Origin: Escherichia phage BRET
Direction: 5' to 3' (one strand)
DNA length: 59,550 nt
Sequence record: MK165087.1
Under the pieces are notes generated by a model. The model worked only from the letters and a program-made list of their open reading frames with translations, searched no databases and was not told the origin of the DNA. The number at the start of each line of letters is the position of its first letter. Position 1 is the stretch's first letter. Positions 19,840-29,763 of this stretch are shown here, in pieces. The translations under genes and the position numbers were made by a program.

Positions 19840-22011
19840 ATGTCGATTCGTTTAACTGGTATTTTAGTTGACGGGTTGAATAATCCGTTAGTTAATACTA
19901 CTGTCACACTAATTGCAAGAAGTAACACGTTACTAGTGTTAGGTAGTAGCGAAGCTGTATTTCGCACAGACGCACAAGGTGCATATAATATCACAGTGAA
20001 CCCAGGGCACTATGTGGTCATAGTAGGCCCTCAAGGAAAAGAACCATATAAAGCAGGTGAAATTGTTCTTTATGCAGATAGCCCAGAGGGATCTCTCAAT
20101 GGATATCTGGTCAATTGGGTGGAAGAAGAACTAACACCAGATGTTATCAAACAAGTTCAACAACTTGTGGCTAACTCTGAGGAATACGCGTTACAAGCTG
20201 GTCGCTCTGCTGCGGCAGCAAATGCAGATGCTACGGATGCTCGCAATAGTAAGGCTTCAGCTGCTCAATCTGCTTCGGATGCACTTGTCTATAAAAATGA
20301 TGCTAAAGCTAGTGAAGACGCTGCTAGACAAGCACAGGCTGGAGCTGCCGGTTCTGCTAACACTGCATCACAAGCTGTAACCACAATTCAAGGTCTAAAA
20401 TCTGAGGTTGAGCAGTTAAAAGTAGACACACAGACTATTAAAGATAGTGCAGTAAGCGAGACGCAAGCAATTAAGAATAGTGCAGTAACCGAAACACAAG
20501 CAATTAAAGACGCTGCTGTGTCCGAAACTACCGCGCTAAAAGATGCTGCCGCTGCTTCAGCTACACAAGCAAGCAATAGCGCCACTGAAGCTGGACAACA
20601 AGCAAGCAACGCGGGTACAAGCGCAACCGCAGCTAAAAACGACGCGGACCGTGCAAAGGTAGAAGCAGACCGTGCGGAAGTTGCAGCTAACAGGGCTCCG
20701 GATCTTCAACCATTCCCTGATGTATGGATTCCATTTAATGACTCGCTGGATATGCTTGCAGGTTACTCGCCAGGCTATAAGAAAATAACAGTTGGTGAAG
20801 ATGTTATTACAATGCCTTCTGATAAGGTTGTTAATTTCTCGCGTGCGTCAAATGCAACATATATAAACAAACACGGTGAGTTTTGTATTGCTAATATCGA
20901 TGAACCTAGATTTGAAAAGCAAGGACTCTTAATCGAAGGGCAGAGGACAAACCACATTACTTTTAGTAACGACCCGGCTTCCTTAAACACGGATAGACAT
21001 CGTAGCGATGTTACATATGGTGTTGATAAGTATGGTTTTACATACATAACGGCAACTGTAAACCAAAATGGTCAAGGTGATACGCCATCACTATTTTATT
21101 GCGAATACAATAATAGCATATATTGTCAGCAGAACGAATACGCAACCTTATCTATTAGAGTGAAAGCAAATAATATTTCCATAATTCCTCAATTTTATGC
21201 GTTGGGAGAAGATAATGCCCTTATTCTTGTTGCAAGATCTATATTGTCGTGTGATACAGGGGAGGTTACATCTACACTCGAAGCTAGAGGAACTGTAACA
21301 CACAGAATCACCAAAGAAGATAACGGATGGCTGAAGGTTGAGATAATATGTAAATTTTCTGATATTGCAGGTGCTATGATTGGGAGCATCAACTATGCCC
21401 ACGGCCCTAACGGAGGTAATGTGCAAGTTGGGGATACAATATCCTTTTGTACCCCGCAGTTTGAAAAGGGTTTTTGTGCATCCTCCTTCATTATTACGGG
21501 GAGCACACCTGCAACAAGGGCTGTGGATTATGTTACTATACCTGCGAGAAATAATTTCTCAGGGATGAATATTTCATTCCTTGCTGAGGTGAGCGTTAAC
21601 TGGGATACCTTTCAATTAGATAATACATACCCAATGATAGTTGATAACAACCAGTACTTCGTAAGAGGAAAAGCATTTGTTGCGGAATTTGACGCAACCA
21701 CCGCTACACCTTACTCGTATGTAGTAAATGAAGATGGATCAACTATATTATCAAGAGGTTATGCATTTGAAAAACAACCTTCTTCACATGTGTTTGGTTT
21801 TATTTTTAGTGGTAATGGAGACGTCACCTCATTTGTTAATGGGAATAAGGGGGGTACTTCACATGGTTCTACATGGAAAGGAACAGACTCGGACTCCCTA
21901 GTAGAAGTAGGTGGAAGACTTTCAGATTCAACTAAATTGTACGGTCATATTCGTAACCTTAGAATATGGAATCGAGTATTAACGGATAGTCAAATGAGGG
22001 AGAAAGTTTAA
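19840..22011 (+). CDS. tail fiber protein
   Basis: 723 aa; Ala-rich N-terminal repeats (ETQAIKDSAVS x3-4); C-terminal region possibly lectin-like; AAGAGG RBS. Confidence 0.6.
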   Translation: MSIRLTGILVDGLNNPLVNTTVTLIARSNTLLVLGSSEAVFRTDAQGAYNITVNPGHYVVIVGPQGKEPYKAGEIVLYADSPEGSLNGYLVNWVEEELTPDVIKQVQQLVANSEEYALQAGRSAAAANADATDARNSKASAAQSASDALVYKNDAKASEDAARQAQAGAAGSANTASQAVTTIQGLKSEVEQLKVDTQTIKDSAVSETQAIKNSAVTETQAIKDAAVSETTALKDAAAASATQASNSATEAGQQASNAGTSATAAKNDADRAKVEADRAEVAANRAPDLQPFPDVWIPFNDSLDMLAGYSPGYKKITVGEDVITMPSDKVVNFSRASNATYINKHGEFCIANIDEPRFEKQGLLIEGQRTNHITFSNDPASLNTDRHRSDVTYGVDKYGFTYITATVNQNGQGDTPSLFYCEYNNSIYCQQNEYATLSIRVKANNISIIPQFYALGEDNALILVARSILSCDTGEVTSTLEARGTVTHRITKEDNGWLKVEIICKFSDIAGAMIGSINYAHGPNGGNVQVGDTISFCTPQFEKGFCASSFIITGSTPATRAVDYVTIPARNNFSGMNISFLAEVSVNWDTFQLDNTYPMIVDNNQYFVRGKAFVAEFDATTATPYSYVVNEDGSTILSRGYAFEKQPSSHVFGFIFSGNGDVTSFVNGNKGGTSHGSTWKGTDSDSLVEVGGRLSDSTKLYGHIRNLRIWNRVLTDSQMREKV

Positions 22012-22013
22012 AA

Positions 22014-22280
22014 ATGAAGGATATTAGCTTGCAATTTAAAGACGAAGAACATTATCGGGATGTTGTCATTGATAGTGATTGGCTTAAGACAAACTACGGT
22101 AAAGTGTTTGTAGATGAAATTGGTTTTGTCCTCATAGTAGATGACACGAAAAGTAAGACTCCAGTTGTCATTGGCAAAGAAGGGTATTATATAAACATAA
22201 GAATAATAGGGGACAATGTGGACTTGTCAGATCTTGAACAATTTATTATTAAGAATCCCTGTGTACGTAACTGGGCATAA
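22014..22280 (+). CDS. hypothetical protein
   Basis: 88-aa ORF between two fiber genes. Confidence 0.4.
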   Translation: MKDISLQFKDEEHYRDVVIDSDWLKTNYGKVFVDEIGFVLIVDDTKSKTPVVIGKEGYYINIRIIGDNVDLSDLEQFIIKNPCVRNWA

Positions 22281-22290
22281 GAGGTGATCA

Positions 22291-24030
22291 ATGACTACTT
22301 ATACTAATATCCCTCGGGACATTACAAAACTTAAAGATGAAAAGATGGATAAAAGTAATAACTTATCCGATCTTGCGGACCGTGCTGCTGCGTGGTTAAA
22401 CGTCCGACCAATTGGGTCTACACCATTAGCTGGGGACCCCGTTAACGATTATGACGCCGTAACTAAGCGTTGGGTGGAGAACAAGATTAATACTGGTACA
22501 GTAGGACCCACAATGAATGGCGTTATGAATTACGGGGTTGGGGATTTTCATCTTCGAGATAGCCGTGCGTATATTCAACCGTATGAGGTGGTTTCTGATG
22601 GGCAGCTTCTTAACAGGGCTGACTGGCCTGAGCTTTGGGCATATGCTCAAATGGTCGGTGTTATAGAGGATTCAGTTTGGTTAGCGGATAAATTCCAGCG
22701 TGGTAAATATTCTAATGGTGACGGAGCAACAACTTTTCGTGTTCCAGATAAGAATGGCGTACAAGCTGGGTCGATACGCGCTCTTTATGGTCGTGGTGAC
22801 GGTGGAAATAGTGGTGCAAATGGCCAGCTATTTGAATCTGCTGCACCAAATATTACAGGTTATTTTACCACTTATTCCAGTGGTAGTTACGCGCAGGCTA
22901 TTGGCACATCTTATGGTGCATTTTATTCCGACAATGGCGTATTCCCTGATGTTAGCGGGGGTGATGCAATCCCTGGAGGTACAAAAGCAATAGCAGGTCG
23001 CTATAACACATGTAATTTTAACGCTTCCCGCTCAAGTCCAATTTACGGAGCATCAACTGATGAAATTCTTACACGAAACTTTGTAGGCGTGTGGGTAATC
23101 CGCGCATCTGGTGGGTTTGTCGCCGCGAATACGTCTTGGAGTGTTAAGAACGCAGATGGTAGCGCACCTGCGCTGAACACTACCGTTCGTGGCGGCGAGG
23201 TAGTGTCGGAATATTCCAACCCGGCAGGTAAGCGGTTTGCGCGTCTGTACTCAGAAACTGTCTGGGACTCTTCCAGCGCGGCTGTTATTGAGGCGGAAGG
23301 TTCTACTAAACACTCCTACAAATTTTACGAGAATGGTACAGCTGACTTCCGACAGTCGGGTAGGGTTAACACCTTCCATATGAACACACCTATGGGCACA
23401 TGGAATGATGCTACTGAGGCTCTAATGAACAACCTTACTACTAATGGCATGAATAGGGTAGCCATTGCTAGTGGTTCCGACGCACTAGTTCGTGGCTATT
23501 CTATAGGAGGATATCGACCTAATGGCTATCCAACTAAGGTTGGCCTCCATATGTATATACCCGGAAATGATGGATGGGGTATAGCATGTGTAACAGTTGG
23601 CGGGGATAATGGTAGATTCTGTCGATATTTCCTTGACATCGACGGTCAGATTTACGGGGGTACGAATTCCGGTAACTTCAGCTACACCAAGAACGGTGCC
23701 TCTGACGCACGAGTCAAGCATAACATCTCCCCTGTCGGCGTTGAGAAGTCGTACTCCAACATCCAAGGTCTGGAGTTTGTAGAGTTCATCTACGACAACG
23801 ACGAACAGGAACGAGTGCGTCATGGTGTAATCGCGCAGCAGGCGGAGACTGTTGAACCTCTATACGTTAAGACCCGTAAGTACGTGGGTATTAATCCAGG
23901 AGAGGTTGTGGAGCAGAAGGAACTGGACACCACGCCGATGCTTCTCGATACCATGCACGTTGTGCAGGTTTTGATGCAGAAGATCGAGGCGATGGAGGCG
24001 GAGATTGCCGAGCTAAAGGCGAGTAAGTAA
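22291..24030 (+). CDS. tail fiber protein with C-terminal intramolecular chaperone (S74-like) domain
   Basis: C-terminal about 100 aa (VKHNISPVG...GLEFVEF...HGVIAQQ...coiled coil) resembles self-cleaving chaperone domains of phage fibers. Confidence 0.6.
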   Translation: MTTYTNIPRDITKLKDEKMDKSNNLSDLADRAAAWLNVRPIGSTPLAGDPVNDYDAVTKRWVENKINTGTVGPTMNGVMNYGVGDFHLRDSRAYIQPYEVVSDGQLLNRADWPELWAYAQMVGVIEDSVWLADKFQRGKYSNGDGATTFRVPDKNGVQAGSIRALYGRGDGGNSGANGQLFESAAPNITGYFTTYSSGSYAQAIGTSYGAFYSDNGVFPDVSGGDAIPGGTKAIAGRYNTCNFNASRSSPIYGASTDEILTRNFVGVWVIRASGGFVAANTSWSVKNADGSAPALNTTVRGGEVVSEYSNPAGKRFARLYSETVWDSSSAAVIEAEGSTKHSYKFYENGTADFRQSGRVNTFHMNTPMGTWNDATEALMNNLTTNGMNRVAIASGSDALVRGYSIGGYRPNGYPTKVGLHMYIPGNDGWGIACVTVGGDNGRFCRYFLDIDGQIYGGTNSGNFSYTKNGASDARVKHNISPVGVEKSYSNIQGLEFVEFIYDNDEQERVRHGVIAQQAETVEPLYVKTRKYVGINPGEVVEQKELDTTPMLLDTMHVVQVLMQKIEAMEAEIAELKASK

Positions 24031-24034
24031 ACAG

Positions 24035-24056
24035 AACCCTGCTTCGGCGGGGTTAT
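24035..24056 (+). terminator. possible hairpin after tail fiber gene
   Basis: AACCCTGC-ttcg-GCGGGGTT stem with one G-U pair; weak T tract. Confidence 0.4.
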
Positions 24057-24087
24057 TGCATTGCACCATAAAGCAATTCTTGCTTTG

Positions 24088-24234
24088 ATGGACCCTTTAA
24101 CTGGTATTATGTCAGTAATGAGTTCAGGTAAACTAACTCAGCAACAAGTTGATATTGCACAACGCATTGTTGTAAAGGTCTTGGTTGTTCTAGGCATCCA
24201 AGAATCAAATAAAAAACAAGAAAAAGAAGAATAA
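24088..24234 (+). CDS. small hypothetical ORF (48 aa)
   Basis: ATG-initiated ORF between two terminators, below the track's size cutoff; no clear RBS. Confidence 0.25.
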   Translation: MDPLTGIMSVMSSGKLTQQQVDIAQRIVVKVLVVLGIQESNKKQEKEE

Positions 24235-24270
24235 GCAGAGGCAACGTTCGGCATTTTGGGGCAGTTTATT

Positions 24271-24303
24271 GTGGGCCAGTACAAATGTATTGGCCCACTT
24301 TTT
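24271..24303 (+). terminator. rho-independent terminator at end of late region
   Basis: GTGGGCCA-12 nt loop-TGGCCCAC followed by TTTTT. Confidence 0.6.
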
Positions 24304-24304
24304 A

Positions 24305-26278
24305 TTAAGCGGCGTATGCGAGTTTTTCCAGCAATTTTTCCGCTTTAGCTATGTACACTTCGTGGTTGAGATCCGGCGGCAATTGATCGGTGAGTTCCAT
24401 CATGGGTTTACCCCCTGCTGTCTTACCGACACGACCACCACTCTTGACTATCAGTATTTCAGGTACTTCCTCTTTTGTATAATACCAACGAACAACTTTA
24501 CCTAGTGGCTCGCTATTCCATGCAGCGCCACCGTTAGCTGTCTTAATACAAACAAACTTACGAATGTCCTGACACTCTGTGATAGTTTTAGCAATTGGTG
24601 TGCCGTCACGGAGGAGATTAACCACAGCATCCATAATGATCTCACCTTCCGCGTTCTTAGCAAGGCCAGTCTCTGCGAACCAACCTTTACGCTTGGCTTT
24701 ACCATCCGCCTTAATTGCGACGTAGTTGTTAACGTTTGCAGAGTTAAGACGCAGGTACTGGTTCAGTTCCATTTCAAAGCCAGTTGTCTCTTCCCACCAC
24801 TTGATGATATCAGTCATTAATTGCTTCTTAGCTTTGCAAGGTTTAATAACGATACCATCTGTGTTAGCACTAACGACCTGGATACCATTAAGCTCCAGTG
24901 TTTCAATGAGCATAAGTAGAGCTAACTGACCTGTGAGCGTAGTCTGGATAATAAGGTGTGGTGCATACAGGATAGAGAACGGTGAACCGAACTTACCATA
25001 GGAACCGTTGATAACGATCTTAAGAGTTTGTGCGGTCTTATCGTCATGAGCCATCTTAGCTGCAATACGTCGTTCTACGATCTTAACGAAGATATCTATA
25101 AAGCGTGGGCCCAGGTGTTCAGGATACAGTTGCTGGTTAATGATACAGATTGGGTAGTACGATGTTACGTCAGCATCCCACATCTCTTCATCTTCAGACG
25201 GTACAATCTCCATTAACTCTTCGCACGAGTGCAGACCACCGATGCCCATGTTGTAAGTTGTCTGGTTGATTGTAAACTTCAAAGAGTTCATTGTAGATGG
25301 TTGCTTAATTTTACCATCTTCTGCAACTCGGAAGTAACTGTCAAGCACCACCTGAAATACCGACTTCATTAGTGGCGTTTGGAAACCTAACCACACTGGA
25401 GGATTGTATCTAAAGGTTCTACCGACTTCCACCATACCCTTCTGTGGCACGAAGCCCAGCATTTCCTTCATCTCATGACGAATTACAGCTTCTGCAATCT
25501 GTGCGTCAGATTTAGAGCGAAGGTCTACTTTATACTCTTCACTCATAATCTCACGTAGATGGATCTGCTCTTCCAGCGAGTTAAACAGAGCCATTGTTGT
25601 ATCAAGGTCGTTAATACAGTAGAAGCGCACAATAGCAATCTGTTCTATGGACAGCGCCCAATGCGGTGGGAACGGTAAGTCCTGGAGCTTCTGCATGTGC
25701 ATACGGCCACCGTACAGCTTCAGTGAACCGAAGCCAGGAGCTACTTCTTGAACGTCAATGTGGTCAATCCAAAACTGTTTCACACCAAAACTGTTAAGAA
25801 CGTCCCACGGAGCCCACTCTTCCTGGATCATCCTGTCACTTGCTTCTTTCAACTTGTCGACAGTCAGTCCAGCAATGGCAAGGAATGACATCGTGTTATC
25901 GTAGTTTCTTGAGTTGAAACCAACGGTACGAAAGTTCTTCATTATCCATTCGTACTTTTCCGTGTCAAGTGTCTGACCAGCAGTCATTTCTAGATAATAA
26001 ACCTTACCGAACTTAACCCCTTTGAACGCCACAAGAAAATAGTTCTTATAGCATTCAATATCGTATACGAACGTTTCTTGTGCAAAATACATCTCCACTA
26101 ACTCACCGTCTGTCATACGCGGATCGTTAGCTGCAAAACGCATTGCTGCATCAAGACCTGGAAGGTAGTCCGGACGCTCCCATACCATTTCAACTGGTTG
26201 ACGTTTTACTTTCTGTTTCTTCTCTTTCTTAGCGGGAGGTAAATCCTCCCAAAAGAAACCAATAGCATCTTTTCTCAT
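24305..26278 (-). CDS. DNA polymerase (family A-like, with 3'-5' exonuclease motif)
   Basis: YDIECY (exo I-like), RRIAAK...NGSYGKFG (motif B-like), NTDG. Confidence 0.7.
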   Translation of the reverse strand: MRKDAIGFFWEDLPPAKKEKKQKVKRQPVEMVWERPDYLPGLDAAMRFAANDPRMTDGELVEMYFAQETFVYDIECYKNYFLVAFKGVKFGKVYYLEMTAGQTLDTEKYEWIMKNFRTVGFNSRNYDNTMSFLAIAGLTVDKLKEASDRMIQEEWAPWDVLNSFGVKQFWIDHIDVQEVAPGFGSLKLYGGRMHMQKLQDLPFPPHWALSIEQIAIVRFYCINDLDTTMALFNSLEEQIHLREIMSEEYKVDLRSKSDAQIAEAVIRHEMKEMLGFVPQKGMVEVGRTFRYNPPVWLGFQTPLMKSVFQVVLDSYFRVAEDGKIKQPSTMNSLKFTINQTTYNMGIGGLHSCEELMEIVPSEDEEMWDADVTSYYPICIINQQLYPEHLGPRFIDIFVKIVERRIAAKMAHDDKTAQTLKIVINGSYGKFGSPFSILYAPHLIIQTTLTGQLALLMLIETLELNGIQVVSANTDGIVIKPCKAKKQLMTDIIKWWEETTGFEMELNQYLRLNSANVNNYVAIKADGKAKRKGWFAETGLAKNAEGEIIMDAVVNLLRDGTPIAKTITECQDIRKFVCIKTANGGAAWNSEPLGKVVRWYYTKEEVPEILIVKSGGRVGKTAGGKPMMELTDQLPPDLNHEVYIAKAEKLLEKLAYAA

Positions 26279-27267
26279 AGACGAAATCCTACAATTACCC
26301 CACGTAGATTTTCACCATAAAAAATAATAGGAGTTGAAAGACCCCTTTCGTCCTTTTCATTGAAACGAGAGGCATCCCAGTCCGTTGCAAGTCCTTTCAA
26401 CTGCATAATAAGATCTATATTATACACGCCAATTGACTTGGATTCACGGAACATTGCACTAGCACCATCCAACTCGTTGTAATGTGTGCGTACAACACCA
26501 TTCTCCATGTAAATACGCCCATCCCGCTCACAGAACGGTTTTATCTTTTCTAAGCAATTAAAAAGCTCAGTATCAAGCGTATAAACGTCGGACCCCTTTT
26601 CTGTACGCTCAATTATCTTATCAATATTAGGCCACTTTAATTCCAGTAATTGTGTACGCAACCAGCAACCGTCTTCGTAATGGAATGTCATACTGGTATC
26701 TGTACATTGAATTCTTACTGGTGGCTTTTTAATGCGCAATAATTCTTTGATGGCCATACGTGGTACAACACAATCGACAGGGAATACAGCACCGAACCAA
26801 TATTGTATAATGCTGGCGTTGTTAGTCGCGTACATGCTGCCCTGTTTTACCAGCACGCCGCAAGACCACGGGCGGGAAGCATCGTCGCTTATAAACGGCG
26901 TCACGCGGCTTAAACCGTTAAGAAAAAGCTGACCGTCTATTTCGTGAATCGTTCCTTCTGGCTCTACGTGTGCAGTTGGTTTCTGAAGAGTATCTACACT
27001 AACCTTAAAGCCACCAGACTTAATGCTCAACTTACCGTTCGCTAACATTGTCATCTGTACAGCTTCGTCACATGCTGCAATAGCCTTGAGCATCGGTTCA
27101 GCTTTCGGTGTACAGTCAATGTTCAGTGGTACTGGGCTACACAATGAAATAGTTCCGTTGAACCCGCGAACAGTACCATCAACAATACGGAAGTGAGTTA
27201 AACCTTCCTGGAGTTCTTTCTTAGCTACAGAACCCTGAACAAACTTTAAAGCATCAAGTAAATCCAT
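26275..27267 (-). CDS. putative sliding clamp-like protein
   Basis: 330 aa, translationally coupled to the polymerase; N-terminus loosely resembles beta-clamp. Confidence 0.35.
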   Translation of the reverse strand: MDLLDALKFVQGSVAKKELQEGLTHFRIVDGTVRGFNGTISLCSPVPLNIDCTPKAEPMLKAIAACDEAVQMTMLANGKLSIKSGGFKVSVDTLQKPTAHVEPEGTIHEIDGQLFLNGLSRVTPFISDDASRPWSCGVLVKQGSMYATNNASIIQYWFGAVFPVDCVVPRMAIKELLRIKKPPVRIQCTDTSMTFHYEDGCWLRTQLLELKWPNIDKIIERTEKGSDVYTLDTELFNCLEKIKPFCERDGRIYMENGVVRTHYNELDGASAMFRESKSIGVYNIDLIMQLKGLATDWDASRFNEKDERGLSTPIIFYGENLRGVIVGFRL

Positions 27268-27275
27268 AAGTAACC

Positions 27276-28229
27276 TTACTCGTCAAATAAATCCTGGAGA
27301 CGTTCGTTGAACTTCCCATTGTGGTTAGCAAGAATCATAGCGTTGACCACACCATACGCCCACAAATTGTATGCAGCGCGTGATTCATATATTGTTGAAA
27401 GACGTTCGTATGTAAAACCTGACTCCTCTAAGTAGCGTAGAACGTTGTTCTGTTCTATTTCTGAAAGGTTGCAAATATGCTGCCCTTGATAGTGACGTGA
27501 CGGCGATTTTTCGGATACCTGCATTGGGCCCCACTTTGGAGTTTCAATAGCACCAAACGCCGCAGATTGAATCCAGGAGGATGAGTCACAGGAGTACCAC
27601 GGGTAACGCTCCATAAGTGGACGGGACGTAATACCAAATCCGTGAACTTTAATCTTAGCTCGTCCACTACCGTCTACAAGGTGCTTATCCCATACCCTGT
27701 CCAACCATACCTGGAGTTGTTGTGTACTCGCTCCAACAAGACCACCGAGAGTGATATATTCATAATTTCGTACATAATGGTCCAGGTACTCAAAAGGTTC
27801 ACCGGCGTGGAAGCACGGTAAAGGTCTTACGCCTCTGGCTTCCATTTCTTCCTGGTTACGCCACGTTTGAAGTGGATCACCGATACCATCGAGTACGGAC
27901 GCCATGAGTGATCCATCTTCCACACGAATGATATCTATGTTTCGTTTGATGTAATCACAGTATTCTTTAACTGATAACGTAACTCCCAAAGTGTAAGCTG
28001 AGAACGCTCCGGAGTCGAGGAATATCTTGGCCCCATCGGCACGCATGGCATCAACATACGATTGCTTTCCAACGTAGTGCCATGATTCAAGAATGTTTGG
28101 AATATTCTCGACAACACGTTTTTCTTGTTCATTGAGTTTGACATAGCGGTTCATTCCTGGTTTATAGCTGTTCGTATATACGGCAGCCATATAAATCTGA
28201 AAGGTATAGTCGATATCTTGTCTGTGCAT
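27276..28229 (-). CDS. dpdA: DpdA-like DNA guanine transglycosylase (TGT superfamily)
   Basis: LDSGAFS TGT-type motif, about 317 aa; next to 7-deazaguanine synthesis genes. Confidence 0.7.
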   Translation of the reverse strand: MHRQDIDYTFQIYMAAVYTNSYKPGMNRYVKLNEQEKRVVENIPNILESWHYVGKQSYVDAMRADGAKIFLDSGAFSAYTLGVTLSVKEYCDYIKRNIDIIRVEDGSLMASVLDGIGDPLQTWRNQEEMEARGVRPLPCFHAGEPFEYLDHYVRNYEYITLGGLVGASTQQLQVWLDRVWDKHLVDGSGRAKIKVHGFGITSRPLMERYPWYSCDSSSWIQSAAFGAIETPKWGPMQVSEKSPSRHYQGQHICNLSEIEQNNVLRYLEESGFTYERLSTIYESRAAYNLWAYGVVNAMILANHNGKFNERLQDLFDE

Positions 28230-28298
28230 TGTTCACCTAACAAATAAGCGCCCGTAGGCGCTTATTATATTAAAGATAATGTATGATTCGCAAATCAG

Positions 28299-28898
28299 TT
28301 ACTTTTTACACGCTTCAAGAAATTCTCGACGCCATGTGTCACCGTGCATGGTGTGATGATAGCCATTGTTTATATCGGTTGCCCCACGGAACGCTTTAGT
28401 AATGGTTGAGCTCCCGCACACCTGCTTAACGCCGCGCGACTCCATACACATATGCTTGGCGTCAATATAAACACACACAGCTTTCGGGTCCAAGTGCTCT
28501 ACGATGGCATCTGCAATTTGGTTAGTCAGACGCTCTTGGACTTGCAAGCGACGGCTAAAAGCATCTACGACGCGAGACAGTTTAGAAAGCCCAACAATTT
28601 TCCCATTTGGTACATATCCCACAACAGCACGACCGATAATGGGAGCCATATGATGCTCACAATGGCTATAAACTGGAATATCGCGGACGATGACCATTTC
28701 ATTACAGTTTTCCCCACCATCTTCAAAAGTCTTAAACAGGGATGCGATATCTACATCGTAACCGCCGAACCATGTCTCAAATGCTTTAGCGACACGTTCA
28801 GGTGTTTCCTGTAGTCCACCACGCAAAGTCGGCGACGCATGGTCTTCAATATTAAACAACAGAGAAGTGACGGCGTCTTTTACAGCTTGTTTATTCAT
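28299..28898 (-). CDS. folE: GTP cyclohydrolase I
   Basis: CEHH motif and T-fold pattern (PVYSHCEHHMAPIIG). Confidence 0.85.
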   Translation of the reverse strand: MNKQAVKDAVTSLLFNIEDHASPTLRGGLQETPERVAKAFETWFGGYDVDIASLFKTFEDGGENCNEMVIVRDIPVYSHCEHHMAPIIGRAVVGYVPNGKIVGLSKLSRVVDAFSRRLQVQERLTNQIADAIVEHLDPKAVCVYIDAKHMCMESRGVKQVCGSSTITKAFRGATDINNGYHHTMHGDTWRREFLEACKK

Positions 28899-28924
28899 GG
28901 TTTACAGTTTCCTTGTGTGGTCAA

Positions 28925-29434
28925 TTATTTGCAATAGTTAACATGGCATTTGGACGTTTCTTCAATGGTACATTCTACCAGTTCAACACCATACTCGTCA
29001 AGAAGTTGTGGGCCAATTACGTCAACCATATATGCAGCTAAGTTTTCCGCAGTAGGGTTGAACGGTAAAGATACCAGCGAGTTGTCAAAGTCCCTTACAT
29101 CGTGACCAGTAGTTTCGTCACAAAGTTCACAATCAACCTGAAGAGCTTTGATCAAAGGATCTTCTTCCCAATGCAGGAACTTATGATCCCAGTTATCTTC
29201 CAACCATTGGCAGAGTGTAGTTTTAACCACACTGAAGTCAATCACGCGCCCAACGCTGTCCAGACCGTCCTCAACCAGCTTTCCTCGCGTCACTACTTTT
29301 CCGCATCCATGTTTCGGCGCAACTTTAAAATGAAACTTATAGTTGTGACCATGCAGGTGGCGACATTTACTTTCATGCCCTACGACACGATGCCCAGCGC
29401 AAATTTCATGTGAACGAATTACTGTATAGCTCAT
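28925..29434 (-). CDS. queD: 6-carboxy-5,6,7,8-tetrahydropterin synthase
   Basis: CxxHRxxGHESKCRHLHGHNYK zinc-binding signature. Confidence 0.8.
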   Translation of the reverse strand: MSYTVIRSHEICAGHRVVGHESKCRHLHGHNYKFHFKVAPKHGCGKVVTRGKLVEDGLDSVGRVIDFSVVKTTLCQWLEDNWDHKFLHWEEDPLIKALQVDCELCDETTGHDVRDFDNSLVSLPFNPTAENLAAYMVDVIGPQLLDEYGVELVECTIEETSKCHVNYCK

Positions 29435-29763
29435 TAGAATTTCTCCGCGTGTTTTTCGTATGTGTTATTGATCACAGTGAGAAAGGACTGGTCCCACTCG
29501 CTCCACAGGACTTTGCCCATACTTACTGCTTCAATGTGAAAAGTATTTGTGGCATCATCTTGAAATAATTTAATGGTGACGTCTGATCCATTCTGGATAT
29601 ATCCCATCAACGCACGTATCTTATCACCTACATCAATGTGTGGATTAAACTGAGGAACTGCTTCTTCAACCGCATCAATTAAATCATAAGCCTGTTGCGG
29701 AATCGGATTACCGAAGCATTTGTGGGCTATACCAGTCTTTGCCGAATTGCTCAATTTATTCAT
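29434..29763 (-). CDS. hypothetical protein embedded in the deazaguanine cluster
   Basis: 109-aa ORF translationally coupled between queD and gat-queC. Confidence 0.5.
   Translation of the reverse strand: MNKLSNSAKTGIAHKCFGNPIPQQAYDLIDAVEEAVPQFNPHIDVGDKIRALMGYIQNGSDVTIKLFQDDATNTFHIEAVSMGKVLWSEWDQSFLTVINNTYEKHAEKF

Noticed and set aside
26275-27267. Considered calling this ORF a second polymerase domain or a primase
   Set aside because: No catalytic motifs; only loose resemblance to a sliding clamp, so kept as a low-confidence clamp-like call.
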